NCBI GenBank assembly: GCA_963817385.1
Contig: CAWFOM010000020.1
Span: 1 to 64,000, forward strand
Direction of reading: 5' to 3'
DNA length: 64,000 nt
DNA from: an uncultured delta proteobacterium
GTDB taxonomy: Bacteria > Desulfobacterota > Syntrophia > Syntrophales > UBA5619
Below the pieces are notes generated by a model. The model made no database searches. It was not told the DNA's origin and saw nothing but the letters and a program-made list of their open reading frames with translations. Numbering within the stretch: position 1 is the first letter of the stretch; the number at the start of each line of letters is the position of its first letter. Positions 1 to 10,497 of this stretch are shown here, one piece after another. Both the position numbers and the translations under genes were made by a program.

Positions 1-51
1 TCTGATTCTCTGGTACATTCCGTTAAAAACCCTTCCGGGAGAGATACGGCA

Positions 52-1068
52 ATGAAGAGACATTATTTTACAGCGGCTATCGTTTGCGCATTATTATTTC
101 CGGCCTGTCCGGTTCCGGCGGCGGAAGTGATTGAGTTGAAGCTGGCCCATTTCATACCTGCCACGCATATTCAACATCAAAAAACCTACCTGCCTTTCGC
201 CCGCAATGTGGAAGAGCTCTCCGGTGGTAAGGTTAAGATCAAAATCTACCCCGGAAGCACTCTGGGAGGGCCTTTGCAACTTCCGGACGCCGTCAAGACG
301 GGCATCACGGATATTGCCTTTATCTTTCCGTCCATGACCACCGGCCGCTTTCCCAGATTTTCCGCATATGACCTGCCGTTCCTTTTTAATAACTCGGTAC
401 AGGCTACCAAGGCAGCTTACGATCTTTATGAACGCTACTTTGCCGAAGACTTCAAAGACTATAAACTGCTCTGGCTTTATTGTTCCGACACGGGACAGTT
501 ATATTCCGTCAACAAGCCGATCCTCACCAGGGAAGACTTCAAGGGAATGAAAATACGGTCGCCCTCCGCATCCATGAGCGATGCGCTTAAGCGACTAGGG
601 GCCGATCCGGTGGGGCTGCCTATCACAGAACTTCATATGGCTCTTGAAAAACATGTAATCGATGGCGCGCTTACCCCGAACACGGTTGTCGCCGATTTCA
701 AGCTTTATGATCAGATCAGGCATATTACCCAGGCGGATGTTTATGTTTCCCTCATGGCTGTGGTCATGAACAAAAAGAAGTATGATGAGCTGCCTCCCTT
801 TGCCAAGCAGGCGATTGACGGCGCGTCCGGCGAACAGTGGGGACTGCACGCCGCCAAGGTGTATGACGATTATGCCAAAGAGACCGTAGAAAAGATGCGA
901 TCCTCAGGCAAAGTTAAAATTCATGACATGTCTGCGTTGGAGAAGAAGAGAATGCGGGATCAACTGGTGGGGATGGAAAACGACTGGATACGGCAAAACA
1001 GCGCCATGGGAATTCCCGCCCGTGAACTGATGGACGCCATGCATCGTGCCTCAGCCAAATTCGAGTAG
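52..1068 (+). CDS. dctP: TRAP transporter substrate-binding protein (DctP family)
   Basis: Signal peptide; DctP-like motifs (GMKIRSP with the carboxylate-binding Arg; ALEKHVIDG); first of three overlapping or adjacent TRAP genes. Confidence 0.93.
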   Translation: MKRHYFTAAIVCALLFPACPVPAAEVIELKLAHFIPATHIQHQKTYLPFARNVEELSGGKVKIKIYPGSTLGGPLQLPDAVKTGITDIAFIFPSMTTGRFPRFSAYDLPFLFNNSVQATKAAYDLYERYFAEDFKDYKLLWLYCSDTGQLYSVNKPILTREDFKGMKIRSPSASMSDALKRLGADPVGLPITELHMALEKHVIDGALTPNTVVADFKLYDQIRHITQADVYVSLMAVVMNKKKYDELPPFAKQAIDGASGEQWGLHAAKVYDDYAKETVEKMRSSGKVKIHDMSALEKKRMRDQLVGMENDWIRQNSAMGIPARELMDAMHRASAKFE

Positions 1069-1075
1069 AGTGTGT

Positions 1076-1579
1076 ATGTTTCAGAAGAAATTCTTTTTCT
1101 GCATGCAAAAAATGACGGCCATGCTAAATGGTGTCGCCGGGCTGGTCATCTTCCTCATGATGCTTTTAACGGTGAGTAATGTTCTCCTGAGAAAGTTGGT
1201 GGGCATCAGCATAACCGGGACGGTGGAAGTAAGCGAGTTTATGATGATCGTCCTCGTCTTTTTTGCCCTTGCCCAGGCCGAGGTTATGAATCGCAATGTC
1301 AACGTTTCCCTGTTGATGGATCGTTTGAAACCCGGTACCCAGAGGCATATGGCCACATTCGCTTATCTTGCCAACGCCCTGCTTTATGCCCTCCTAACGG
1401 CCGCGGCGATTTATTATGCATCTTCTCTGAAGGACTCCGGCGAAGTGTCCATGGATCTCCGGATCCCCAAATATCCGTTTGTCTACATCATTGCCGCAGG
1501 AGCCGCCTCCCTTGGTTTCGTCTTTTTAAAAAAAATACTGGCATCGATAAAGGATAAAAAACCGCTATGGATCCCATGA
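1076..1579 (+). CDS. dctQ: TRAP transporter small permease
   Basis: About 165 aa with 4 TM segments, between dctP and dctM; ATG at 1076 preferred over GTG at 1046. Confidence 0.9.
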   Translation: MFQKKFFFCMQKMTAMLNGVAGLVIFLMMLLTVSNVLLRKLVGISITGTVEVSEFMMIVLVFFALAQAEVMNRNVNVSLLMDRLKPGTQRHMATFAYLANALLYALLTAAAIYYASSLKDSGEVSMDLRIPKYPFVYIIAAGAASLGFVFLKKILASIKDKKPLWIP

Positions 1580-2871
1580 TGATCGGCGTTTTCGGCCTCA
1601 TGGCGATGGTCCTCCTCATCATGATCCGCGTTCCGATCGGTTGCGCCATGGCCCTGGTCGGTTTGGCGGGATTTTCCATCTTATCCTCCCCCGGTGCGGC
1701 CTTTTCGATGCTGGGCATGGTTACTTACCAGACGGTCTCCTCCTATTCCCTGACCGTAATTCCACTCTTTTTTTTCATGGGTCAATTGGCCAGCCAATCC
1801 GGTATGGGCATTGAGTTATATCGTACCGTTCACCGCTGGATCGGCTTTATGCCCGGCGGCCTGGCTATGGCAACGGTCTGTGCCTGTGCCGGATTTGCAG
1901 CGGTATCCGGCTCATCTTTAGCGACGGCAGCTACGGTGGGCATGGTTGCATTACCGGAGATGAAACGCTTTCGATACGATGACGCACTGGCCACGGGTTG
2001 TGTGGCGGCGGGAGGGACATTGGGCATCCTGATTCCGCCCAGCACGGTCATGGTTATCTATGCTATCCTTACCGAACAACCCATCGGGACGCTCTTTGTC
2101 GCCGGTATCATCCCCGGTATCATTCTGACAGGACTTTTTCTCCTGACGATCTTTATCCAGACGAGGAAAAAACCGGACATGGGTCCTCCGGGGCCGAAGT
2201 TCTCTTTTGCGGAGAAGCTGGAATCCCTTAAAGGCACCGGGAGTGTTATTATTACTTTTGCTCTGGTGGTGGGCGGACTGTACGGAGGTTGGTTCACCCC
2301 AACAGAAGCAGCGGCGGTCGGTGCGTTAATCGTTCTGGTGATCATTTTCGCCAAAAGAAAACTTACGAGAAAGCTCCTGACCGGCTCCCTGACGGAAACA
2401 GCCCTGACAACCGCCATGATCTTTACCATCCTGATCGGAGCCAATATCTTCGCCTACTTTATGACCTTGAGTGATTTGCCGGCTACATTTTCCGGTTGGG
2501 TTACGGGAACAGGAATGAACCGCTATCTCACCATGTTCATCATCTGCCTGCTCTATATCTTCCTGGGGTGCATCATGGAGGGATTCGCCATCATGTTTCT
2601 CACCCTGCCCATCGTGTTTCCGATGGTCATGGGGATGGGGTTCGACCCGATATGGTTTGGGGTACTCATGACCCTGCTGATTGAAATGGGACTGATCACT
2701 CCGCCTGTAGGGATGAACGTCTATGTCATTTCCGGGGTGGCAAAAGATGTTCCCCTGTCGACGATCTTCCGGGGGATATTCCCTTTTTTCATCGCCATGC
2801 TGGTTTGTATGGTATTGTTATTCCTCTTTCCCCAACTTGCACTGTTTCTGCCCGCCACGATGGCCGGTTGA
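1567..2871 (+). CDS. dctM: TRAP transporter large permease
   Basis: 434 aa polytopic protein with SGSSLAT, GILIPPS, TPTEAAA and ITPPVG DctM motifs. Confidence 0.95.
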   Translation: MDPMMIGVFGLMAMVLLIMIRVPIGCAMALVGLAGFSILSSPGAAFSMLGMVTYQTVSSYSLTVIPLFFFMGQLASQSGMGIELYRTVHRWIGFMPGGLAMATVCACAGFAAVSGSSLATAATVGMVALPEMKRFRYDDALATGCVAAGGTLGILIPPSTVMVIYAILTEQPIGTLFVAGIIPGIILTGLFLLTIFIQTRKKPDMGPPGPKFSFAEKLESLKGTGSVIITFALVVGGLYGGWFTPTEAAAVGALIVLVIIFAKRKLTRKLLTGSLTETALTTAMIFTILIGANIFAYFMTLSDLPATFSGWVTGTGMNRYLTMFIICLLYIFLGCIMEGFAIMFLTLPIVFPMVMGMGFDPIWFGVLMTLLIEMGLITPPVGMNVYVISGVAKDVPLSTIFRGIFPFFIAMLVCMVLLFLFPQLALFLPATMAG

Positions 2872-2874
2872 CGA

Positions 2875-5800
2875 TCAGTCCGTGAAAAGCATCGGACCTG
2901 TTTTGGGAATCCAATATCTCTTTTTTTCGAAAGGATAGAGCGGTAGGGGGATGCGTCTTCTTTGTTCATGTGCATGAAAACTTTTCCAGTCGATCGGAAC
3001 GCCGCAGAGCCACATCTGTCCGATGGCACGCAACAGCACCTCCCGGGCAGAGCTTTTTTCACCCGCTGCCGGAAGCGATGACAGAATAACCGCATCACGG
3101 GAATCATGACTTTCTCTGGCCATTGTGCCCAATTTACTCCCTGGTCCCAATTCCAGCAGGATACAGTCGGCCAATATCGCCAATGTATTCAGTCCGTCGG
3201 AGAAACGAGACTTCTCAAGTAACGGCCGGCTCCAGTAAGCGATGTCCGTCGCTTCTTCCGGTGTCAGCCAGGTACCACTGATTCCGGAGACGATGGGAAT
3301 GACCGGCTGCTGAAGAGGGATATTTTTCCTATGGCCTGGATCGTCATGATGGGTAAGGACAGTCGGCGTCTCGCTCAGGGTCATGACTCCGGACAGACAG
3401 GCTGCAGTGTACTCACCGATGCCATTGCCGATCAACGCCTCCGGATAGATTCCCCAGCTCATAAGCAAGCGCGCCATGGCGTATTCGACGACGAAGATCG
3501 CCGCCCGGCTTATCTCTTTCTGCGCCATTAACTTCGCTGCCTTCTTCCGGCCGCCCTTGCGGGGGAACAATGCCTCTCGCAAATCCATACCCAACGATGG
3601 CTTAAACAGCTCCGCACCGTGATCGATATCCATGCGGAACGAGAGTTCCTGATGATACAAATCGACGGCCATGTCGATATACTGTACGCCTTCTCCGGGG
3701 AACATAAAGACCACGGTTGGTTTAGCGAAGTTATGGCGACTGGTCTCGGCATCCGGCGAGGATTGTGACTCCAGAAGTGAGACCGCCTCATCCCGATCCC
3801 GGCAGACCACCATACGGCGGCAGGCAAACGCCTGACGGCCTGCCTGCAATGTAAAAGCGATGTCTGCTAATTCCTGATCACGGTCTTGCCGCAAGTAGTT
3901 CAGCAGGTTCTTCGTGGCCGCCTTCAGGGCGGTTTCGGTTTTTGCCGACAGAACCAGCAACTGCCAGGGTTTTGATGCTGCCGGAATCCTTTTTTCCTGC
4001 CATTCTTCTACAATCAAATGGGCATTTGTACCCCCAATGCCGAAAGAGCTGATGCCTGCCCGCCTCGGTTGGCCCGCTTCGCTGTGCCAGGTTTGCAGGG
4101 AAGTGCTGACGAAAAAAGGACTGGCGGGAAAATCAATCTCCGGATTCGGGCGTGTAAAATTCAGGCTGGGAGGGATTTGCCGGTGCTTGAGGGCCAGAAC
4201 TGTTTTGAGTAAGCCGGCAATTCCGGCTGCACGGCTGGCATGACCGATATTTGATTTGACCGAACCGATGGCGCAAAAGCCTGTTTTCCAGGTGGAGCGG
4301 CGAAAAGCCTGGGTTAAAGCGGCAATCTCAATGGGGTCGCCAAGGGCTGTTCCGGTGCCATGTGTCTCCACATAGGTAATGGTTTCGGGCAGAACCCCCG
4401 CGCTTCTCTGAGCCTCCTCTATGACAGCGGCCTGTCCGTCAAGGCTGGGTGCAGTGAAACCCATCTTGAAGGAGCCGTCATTATTGACAGCCGAACCTTT
4501 TATAACCGCATGAATGGTATCGCCGTCCCGAACCGCGTCGCTTAACCTTTTGAGCAAAACCAGCCCGGCGCCGTTGCCGATAACGGTTCCCCGTGCCTCT
4601 GCATCAAAGGGCCGGCAGTTACCATCCGGTGAAAAGATCCATCCTTCCTGGTAAAGATAGCCCGTTTTTTGCGGGGTTTCCACCGACACACCCCCGGCGA
4701 GCGCCAGTTCACATTCCTTACGCAAGAGACTGTGACAGGCAAGATGTACCGCAACCAAGGATGTAGAGCAGGCTGTTGCAACATTGATCGCCGGACCCTT
4801 CAGGTTCAACTTGTATGCTACGCGTGTTGTCAGAAATTCCGGATCGTTCGATAATTTGATGCGGATATCATTCACCATCGGAAGCAAGTGCCTTTGCGGA
4901 AGGATATGCTGTTGCAGATAGACACTGGGGCTTGCGCCGGCATAAATTCCTACTCTACCTTTGAAGTCATCCGGCATATATCCCGCATTTTCAAGTGTGT
5001 GCCAGGCCGTTTCCAGAAACAATCGATGTTGCGGATCGAGAATGGCCGCTTCCAGGGGTGTAAGACCAAAGAACGCAGCATCGAATAATTCAATGTCGGC
5101 GAGCAATGTCCCCGCTTTCACATAGTCGGGATTATCGAGAAGACTTTCATCCACACCGGCATCACGCAATTCCTCCGGAGAAAAATGATGCACCGATATG
5201 ACCCCGTTTTTGATGTTCTCCCAGAATTCATCCGTGTCTCTGGCATCGGGGAAAGTTCCGGCCATGCCGATAATCGCGATGTCTTCCATTTTTTTCTTCT
5301 TCGGCAGGGTATCTGCCTTGGGAACATCAAGAGGCTGAGTGTCGGCGAAGGCAGGCGTTGTGCCCTGCCGCAAGCCTTTCCGGTGGATAATAAACTGGGC
5401 GAGCGCTGTTATCGTTGGATACTTGAACAGGATAACCATGGGGATATCGACAGCGAACGTTTCCTGAATATGGGCGTGCATCCAGAATAGCATGAGCGAA
5501 TCGCCGCCGAGATCGAAGAAATTATCGGTCACCCCGACATTTTCCAGGCCGAGGATCTCTGCCCAGATTTCCCTGATGCTCTGTTCAGTCGGGGTTCGTG
5601 GTGCGACGTAAGAGGTGTCCAGAGGCGGCCGCGTTTTTTCCGGAGCGGGAAGGGACAGGCGGTCGATCTTTCCGGAAGATGTCAGGGGGAATTTTTCCAG
5701 GATGACGTAGTTTGCAGGGATCATATAGTTGGGTAATTTCTGTGCCAGCTTGCGGCGCAGATGACTTACCGATAATCCGGCTTGGCCGAGGGGGATCAGA

Positions 5801-7177
5801 TAAGCCACCAGTTTTTTCCCCCCGACGCTTTTCCCCGCTTCATGAACGGTGACAATCGCTTCCTTAATCCCATCCAGTGCATTCAGTGCAGCCTCCACGC
5901 TGGATAGCTCAATCCTGTAGCCCCGGATTTTGACCTGATCATCCTTACGTCCAAAGTGCTCCAGGCAGCCGTCCGGGCGGATGCGTCCCAAGTCACCGGT
6001 GTAATAGGCTCTGCTTCCTCCATTTTCTTCGCGATAACGGAATTTGTCTGCATTCATGTCCGGAAGACGCCAGTAACCCGGTGAAAGATAGCGACTGGCG
6101 ACAACTATCTCTCCGACTTCGCCTGCCTCAACTTGTAGGCCGTTTTCGTCCAGGATGAGGACCTCTTTGTCATTATCAGGGTAGCCTACGGGGACGACCT
6201 GCTCCGTCAGGACAGTCGTTTTATCGATGAGGAATCGGGTGATGGTGAATGCTTCGGTCGATGCCAGGCGATTGACAAGAAGACAATCTTCGCGGAAAAA
6301 ACGCCTGAACAATTCAACATCCGTCCGGAGCAATCGGTCTCCTCCCAGAACGATCAGCCGCAGGTCGGGAAAACGAGAGGTATCCTTCAACGCAGTGAGA
6401 AACAACCTGAACAGAGAGATGGGCAATTTAAACGTTGTAATCTTTTCGGTGAGCAGCCATTTGGCCAGATTCTCCAGGCCCGTCTTCTTGACGTAATTCA
6501 AACTGAGCGTTGCACCGCTGAGCAAGGCGCCGAATATTTCCGAGACAGAGGCGGCAAAGCTGTAAGACAGCAGGAGGGCCTGATGATCTCTGTTGCCGAT
6601 ATGGAACGTCTGTGTGTGGCTCCAGATATGATGGAGAATGGTTTGGTGACTATGCAGGATTCCTTTGGGAAGACCGGTAGATCCGGATGTGTAGAGGATG
6701 CAGGCATATGAATCCGGGCGAATCGTAATGTCCGGGTTCCCGTCGGATATCGAGTCTTCTATCGCTATCGGTGTTTGTGACCGTTATCCCGTCTTCGGCC
6801 AATTTGCCGGCGAGGTCGATGGTGTCATGATCGGCAAGAATGACCGCCGCTCCCGAGTCCTTCAGCATGTGCTCGATAGCCGCCCGGGGATATGCAGGGT
6901 CCAGCGGTACATAATATTTCCCCGCCTTCAAAACGGCAAGTATGGCAACAATTGCCGTCAGACCGTGTTCGAACAGAATAGCAACCGCTTCTGCACTATC
7001 ACCATGTTTGCTCAGGAGATAAGCGGCTATCCGATTCGCATCCCTATTCATCTCGGCAAAGCTCTTCGACTGCCTGGCGTCTTTTACGGCAATCCGCTCC
7101 GGATAGAGCTGTACCTGACGTTCAAAACGTTTTACGATGGATTGCTCTATTTCAATCTTGGCGAACGAAGTCTTCAT
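2875..7177 (-). CDS. Hybrid NRPS/PKS (adenylation - PCP - ketosynthase - degenerate acyltransferase), interrupted by a +1 frameshift near 6765
   Basis: ORF 6650..7177 gives the A-domain N-terminus. After a frame change the sequence reads ...ACILYTSGSTGLPKG...YSFAASVSEIF and joins ORF 2875..6525 (YYTGDL, GRKDDQVKIRGYRIEL, PCP FFDLGGDSL, KS TACSTS / HGTGT / KSNIGH, AT-like FMFPGEG...IGNGIGE). Confidence 0.9.
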
Positions 7178-7210
7178 GTTCCTGCCTGGCCTGCCTCTTC
7201 ATCACAGGGA

Positions 7211-8437
7211 TCATGGGATTTTATTTCCAAGCCCTCCTGCGGGGGACACAGGGACGGGGCCGGTTATTATGTTTACAATCGGCCGGTAAAGATAAAGATA
7301 TTTTCGGATGAAACTCGTCCTATTTTCAAAATCATCATATGAATTGCATACGTAAGTGACAATCAGATTTCTCCCCCGCGCGAATTCCAGGTGCTCTTTG
7401 CCGGCATAGCAAAAATTGTTCTTGTCGTATCGGGGATTATTCCGGTCGACTTCAGGAATGGACTCGATCAGGGCCCGGGGTTCGGTCCACGGGCCCTCCG
7501 GCGCGTCCGCCGTTTGATATAACATCCGATTGCCGTTGTTTCCGGTGGACAGGTAAACAGCGATCCATTTCCCGTCGTCAGGATGGTATCTCACGCTCAT
7601 CTCCGAAACGGCTGCGTCAAGGACGACCTTGACCTTCCCGTGATCCAGCTCTTTATCCCACTGTCCGTCTTTGGTCAAATACTCAATGGCAAGGGCCGGA
7701 TCATCGAGTCTGTTTGTGGGAATGCGGACAAGAATATTGCCCAAAACACTCACCCCGTTTTTTATCGCACTATAGAGCGGGTAAAAATAAACATGGTCCC
7801 CATAAACGACCGATGTCGTCGCGAAAGCCTTGATGCCCTCCGGAATTCCACGAGTCAGGTCGATGTAGTCGGTGATCCACTGGTTCGGATCGGAACCCGC
7901 GAAGTTCCTTATCCTGGCAATCTTATGCCCCGCGATCTCGAACTTGAAGGGACCCTTTATCCGCGGATCTGCCTTTACGGATACAAGGGGAACATAGAGC
8001 GTATGACCAACAATAAAGGGATCCTGCGGCCAAAGCCATTCCTTTTCACTGAAAGATGAAACGAATTCTCCATTACTCTTTTTCAAAAAATAGCGGATTT
8101 GAAATCGCGCGTCGGCGGTGCAGGTTGAGATGGCCAGTGTCGTCCCGAGAACCACCTTCATATCCACTCGATCCTGTCGGCCCTCCTGATCCGAAACAAA
8201 GGTGTCTCCGAAAAGCCACAGGACGCGCCTGTCATCCAGTCTGATGGAGTATGCACCATCCCCGCCATACCATCCGTCTTTGTCGGGAAAACCGGGAAGG
8301 CATACTGCCGATGCGGATCGCGGATAATATGCCCTCTCCAGCAGAGCTGAACAGGAAGAGAGGAGGATGCATAACAGCAGCAAGGCAAGCCAGGCTGCCC
8401 TGCTCATTGCATTTCGCGGTATCATGTGAGGTCTCAT
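7211..8437 (-). CDS. DUF4185/DUF5005-like beta-propeller lipoprotein (putative glycoside hydrolase)
   Basis: Lipobox LSSC; GGDGAYS...WLFGDTF and APEGPW motifs typical of DUF4185-like proteins. Confidence 0.7.
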   Translation of the reverse strand: MRPHMIPRNAMSRAAWLALLLLCILLSSCSALLERAYYPRSASAVCLPGFPDKDGWYGGDGAYSIRLDDRRVLWLFGDTFVSDQEGRQDRVDMKVVLGTTLAISTCTADARFQIRYFLKKSNGEFVSSFSEKEWLWPQDPFIVGHTLYVPLVSVKADPRIKGPFKFEIAGHKIARIRNFAGSDPNQWITDYIDLTRGIPEGIKAFATTSVVYGDHVYFYPLYSAIKNGVSVLGNILVRIPTNRLDDPALAIEYLTKDGQWDKELDHGKVKVVLDAAVSEMSVRYHPDDGKWIAVYLSTGNNGNRMLYQTADAPEGPWTEPRALIESIPEVDRNNPRYDKNNFCYAGKEHLEFARGRNLIVTYVCNSYDDFENRTSFIRKYLYLYRPIVNIITGPVPVSPAGGLGNKIP

Positions 8438-8535
8438 GTGTCCTCGTATTCAACAAAATGTGCTGGAGATTCGGTTTCAATGCACAGCGGGTGAATATTT
8501 GCGGTCATAACACTTAGCAAGATGATCATTGCGTA

Positions 8536-10158
8536 TCATGCACTGCGCAAGCGAGTCAGACGCACGAACAGGATCGCGGCGAACGGCAGCGCGAAGCCGA
8601 GCGCGACCTGGATGATCAGCAAGTCGCCGAGCTGGCTGTAGTCGGCCGGGACCTTGAGCGCGCCGCTCGCATCGCGGACCTCGCGGGTCACGATGAAGAA
8701 CTCATTGAGGTACTTGGTGCCGAGCTGGCTCAGCGACAAGGCAAGATTCGTGAACGAGGCCATCACCGCGAAATAGGTTGCCTTGAGGTTGGCGGGCGCG
8801 GAGTTGGCGATCCAGGCAAGCATCGGGATCATCGCGATCTGGCCGAGCGGCGACTCGAGCGTGGTATCCACGATCATGATGGTGCGCGCATCCACCAGCC
8901 CGCCGGTCATCGCCGCGGTCCACTGGTGGAGTCCGTAATAGAGGCCGACGATCGGCAGCGCGAGCAGGAAGCCCGCGAGCGTGAGGAAGCCGACGACATA
9001 GGCGATCGATCGCTCGGCCATGAAGCGGCGGAACAGGAACATGCCCACGAGCGTGAGCGCGCTGCCGATGAGCGACAGCACGGAGAGGAACTGCTGGTCG
9101 AAACCGAGTTCGTCGATCATCCACCATGACAAGCCCGCACCGGGGGAGGGGGCGGCGCGGAACACGAATATCACGATCGCGGTGCCGACCAGGGTCGCGC
9201 GCGCCTCGGGGTCGAGGGCGCGCGTGAGCTTGACGATCAGAAAAGCGACGATCGCGAGCGAGCCGGTGAAGACGATCTCCTCGCTGTAGGGCATCCCCCC
9301 GAGGCCGACCGCCAGCGTGAAGATCACGAACAACAGGCTGCCTCCCAGGATCCCCCAATTGACCGGCGTGGGCTCGCCGCGCGGGCTGAGCATCGCTTCG
9401 ACCTGCTCGCGGGTGTAGCCCTGACGACTCAGGCGGCGGGCGCTGCGCCGTCTGATGAGCGTCGCGCTCACCACGCCCAGCACCGAGATCAGCGGGATCC
9501 CGAGCGCCATGAGGTACACGTTGCGGTAGATGAGGGCGATCTCGGCCGGCGGCAGGCGGTGCACGCCGGCGAAGAGGTAGAGGTTGATAACCGCGACCAG
9601 CACGCTGCCGCCGATGATCGCGACGCGGCCGAGCGTCTGCATCGTGGTGTTCATGAGCTTGCGGGTCCCGGGGTCGATGGCTGCGCCTTTCGCGTCCACG
9701 CGCGGCACCGCCTCGACGGTCATCGCGTCGGCGACCGCATCCTGGAGCACGTAGCCGACCGGCGCCAGCAGCGTCGAGAGGATAAACCATGCTTCGGCCG
9801 GCATGATCGCGGCCATTGCCCCGCGTTCGCTCAGCAAACCGACCATGATGAGCAGGCTCACGGAGATCAGCGCAGCGCCGAGGTAGATCAACCAGCTTTT
9901 CCAGTGCCAGAGGAGATCCACCAGGTGGCCGAGCGGCATCTTCAGCGCCCAGGGGATGCCGGCCCAAAAGCCGAGGGCAGCGAGGAACGAGGCCGGGAGG
10001 CCGAGGTATTCCTTGACGAAGAAGGTGCCGACGATACCGGTCAGGCCCGAGATCCCGGCGGCCATGTAGACCATGAGCGGGGGCAGGTAGGACAGCCGCA
10101 GTTCCCGCCCGAGTTCGAAGATATTATCGTCTATCCAGCGGTAGGCGGCGGTGAGCAT
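8536..10158 (-). CDS. BT1-family (folate-biopterin type) MFS transporter
   Basis: Polytopic; PWALKMPLGHLVD, QDAVADAMTVE and ATYFAVMASFTN match BT1-like carriers; visibly more GC-rich than its neighbours. Confidence 0.75.
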   Translation of the reverse strand: MLTAAYRWIDDNIFELGRELRLSYLPPLMVYMAAGISGLTGIVGTFFVKEYLGLPASFLAALGFWAGIPWALKMPLGHLVDLLWHWKSWLIYLGAALISVSLLIMVGLLSERGAMAAIMPAEAWFILSTLLAPVGYVLQDAVADAMTVEAVPRVDAKGAAIDPGTRKLMNTTMQTLGRVAIIGGSVLVAVINLYLFAGVHRLPPAEIALIYRNVYLMALGIPLISVLGVVSATLIRRRSARRLSRQGYTREQVEAMLSPRGEPTPVNWGILGGSLLFVIFTLAVGLGGMPYSEEIVFTGSLAIVAFLIVKLTRALDPEARATLVGTAIVIFVFRAAPSPGAGLSWWMIDELGFDQQFLSVLSLIGSALTLVGMFLFRRFMAERSIAYVVGFLTLAGFLLALPIVGLYYGLHQWTAAMTGGLVDARTIMIVDTTLESPLGQIAMIPMLAWIANSAPANLKATYFAVMASFTNLALSLSQLGTKYLNEFFIVTREVRDASGALKVPADYSQLGDLLIIQVALGFALPFAAILFVRLTRLRSA

Positions 10159-10458
10159 GGCGTTCCTTCATAAAATCCTCCAGCGAGCAGAAATAACTGA
10201 AGAATGGTTGCGTGTGACGCCGGGCGGTTCGGTTCTCCGGAAGGGGCAACCTGCTGGGCGGCACGTCCGTTCGGGTCCATTATGGTCTCAGTCTGGCACA
10301 TGCCGGGATCTTAACAGATTGCTCGCTGATTAGCCACGGCGAATCTGTCCGGCAACTAATCCTCCCGCAGCATAAGCGCGGGGGCAAGACGCCCTTCAAC
10401 AGATCAGGGTGAGGCTCCAACCGGTATTGATCCCCATCGGGATTTCAATCTTTTTTTA

Positions 10459-10487
10459 TTGCACTTTGAGATCTGGTTTTATATAGA
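10459..10487 (+). promoter_or_regulatory. Putative sigma70 promoter (TTGCAC-N17-TATAGA) for the hotdog-fold gene
   Basis: Near-consensus -35/-10 with a 17 nt spacer, ending 10 nt before ATG 10498. Confidence 0.45.
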
Positions 10488-10497
10488 AATCGATACA

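Noticed and set aside
8702..9967. 421 aa Arg/Pro-rich alternative-frame ORF
   Set aside because: Off-frame product of the GC-rich BT1 gene.
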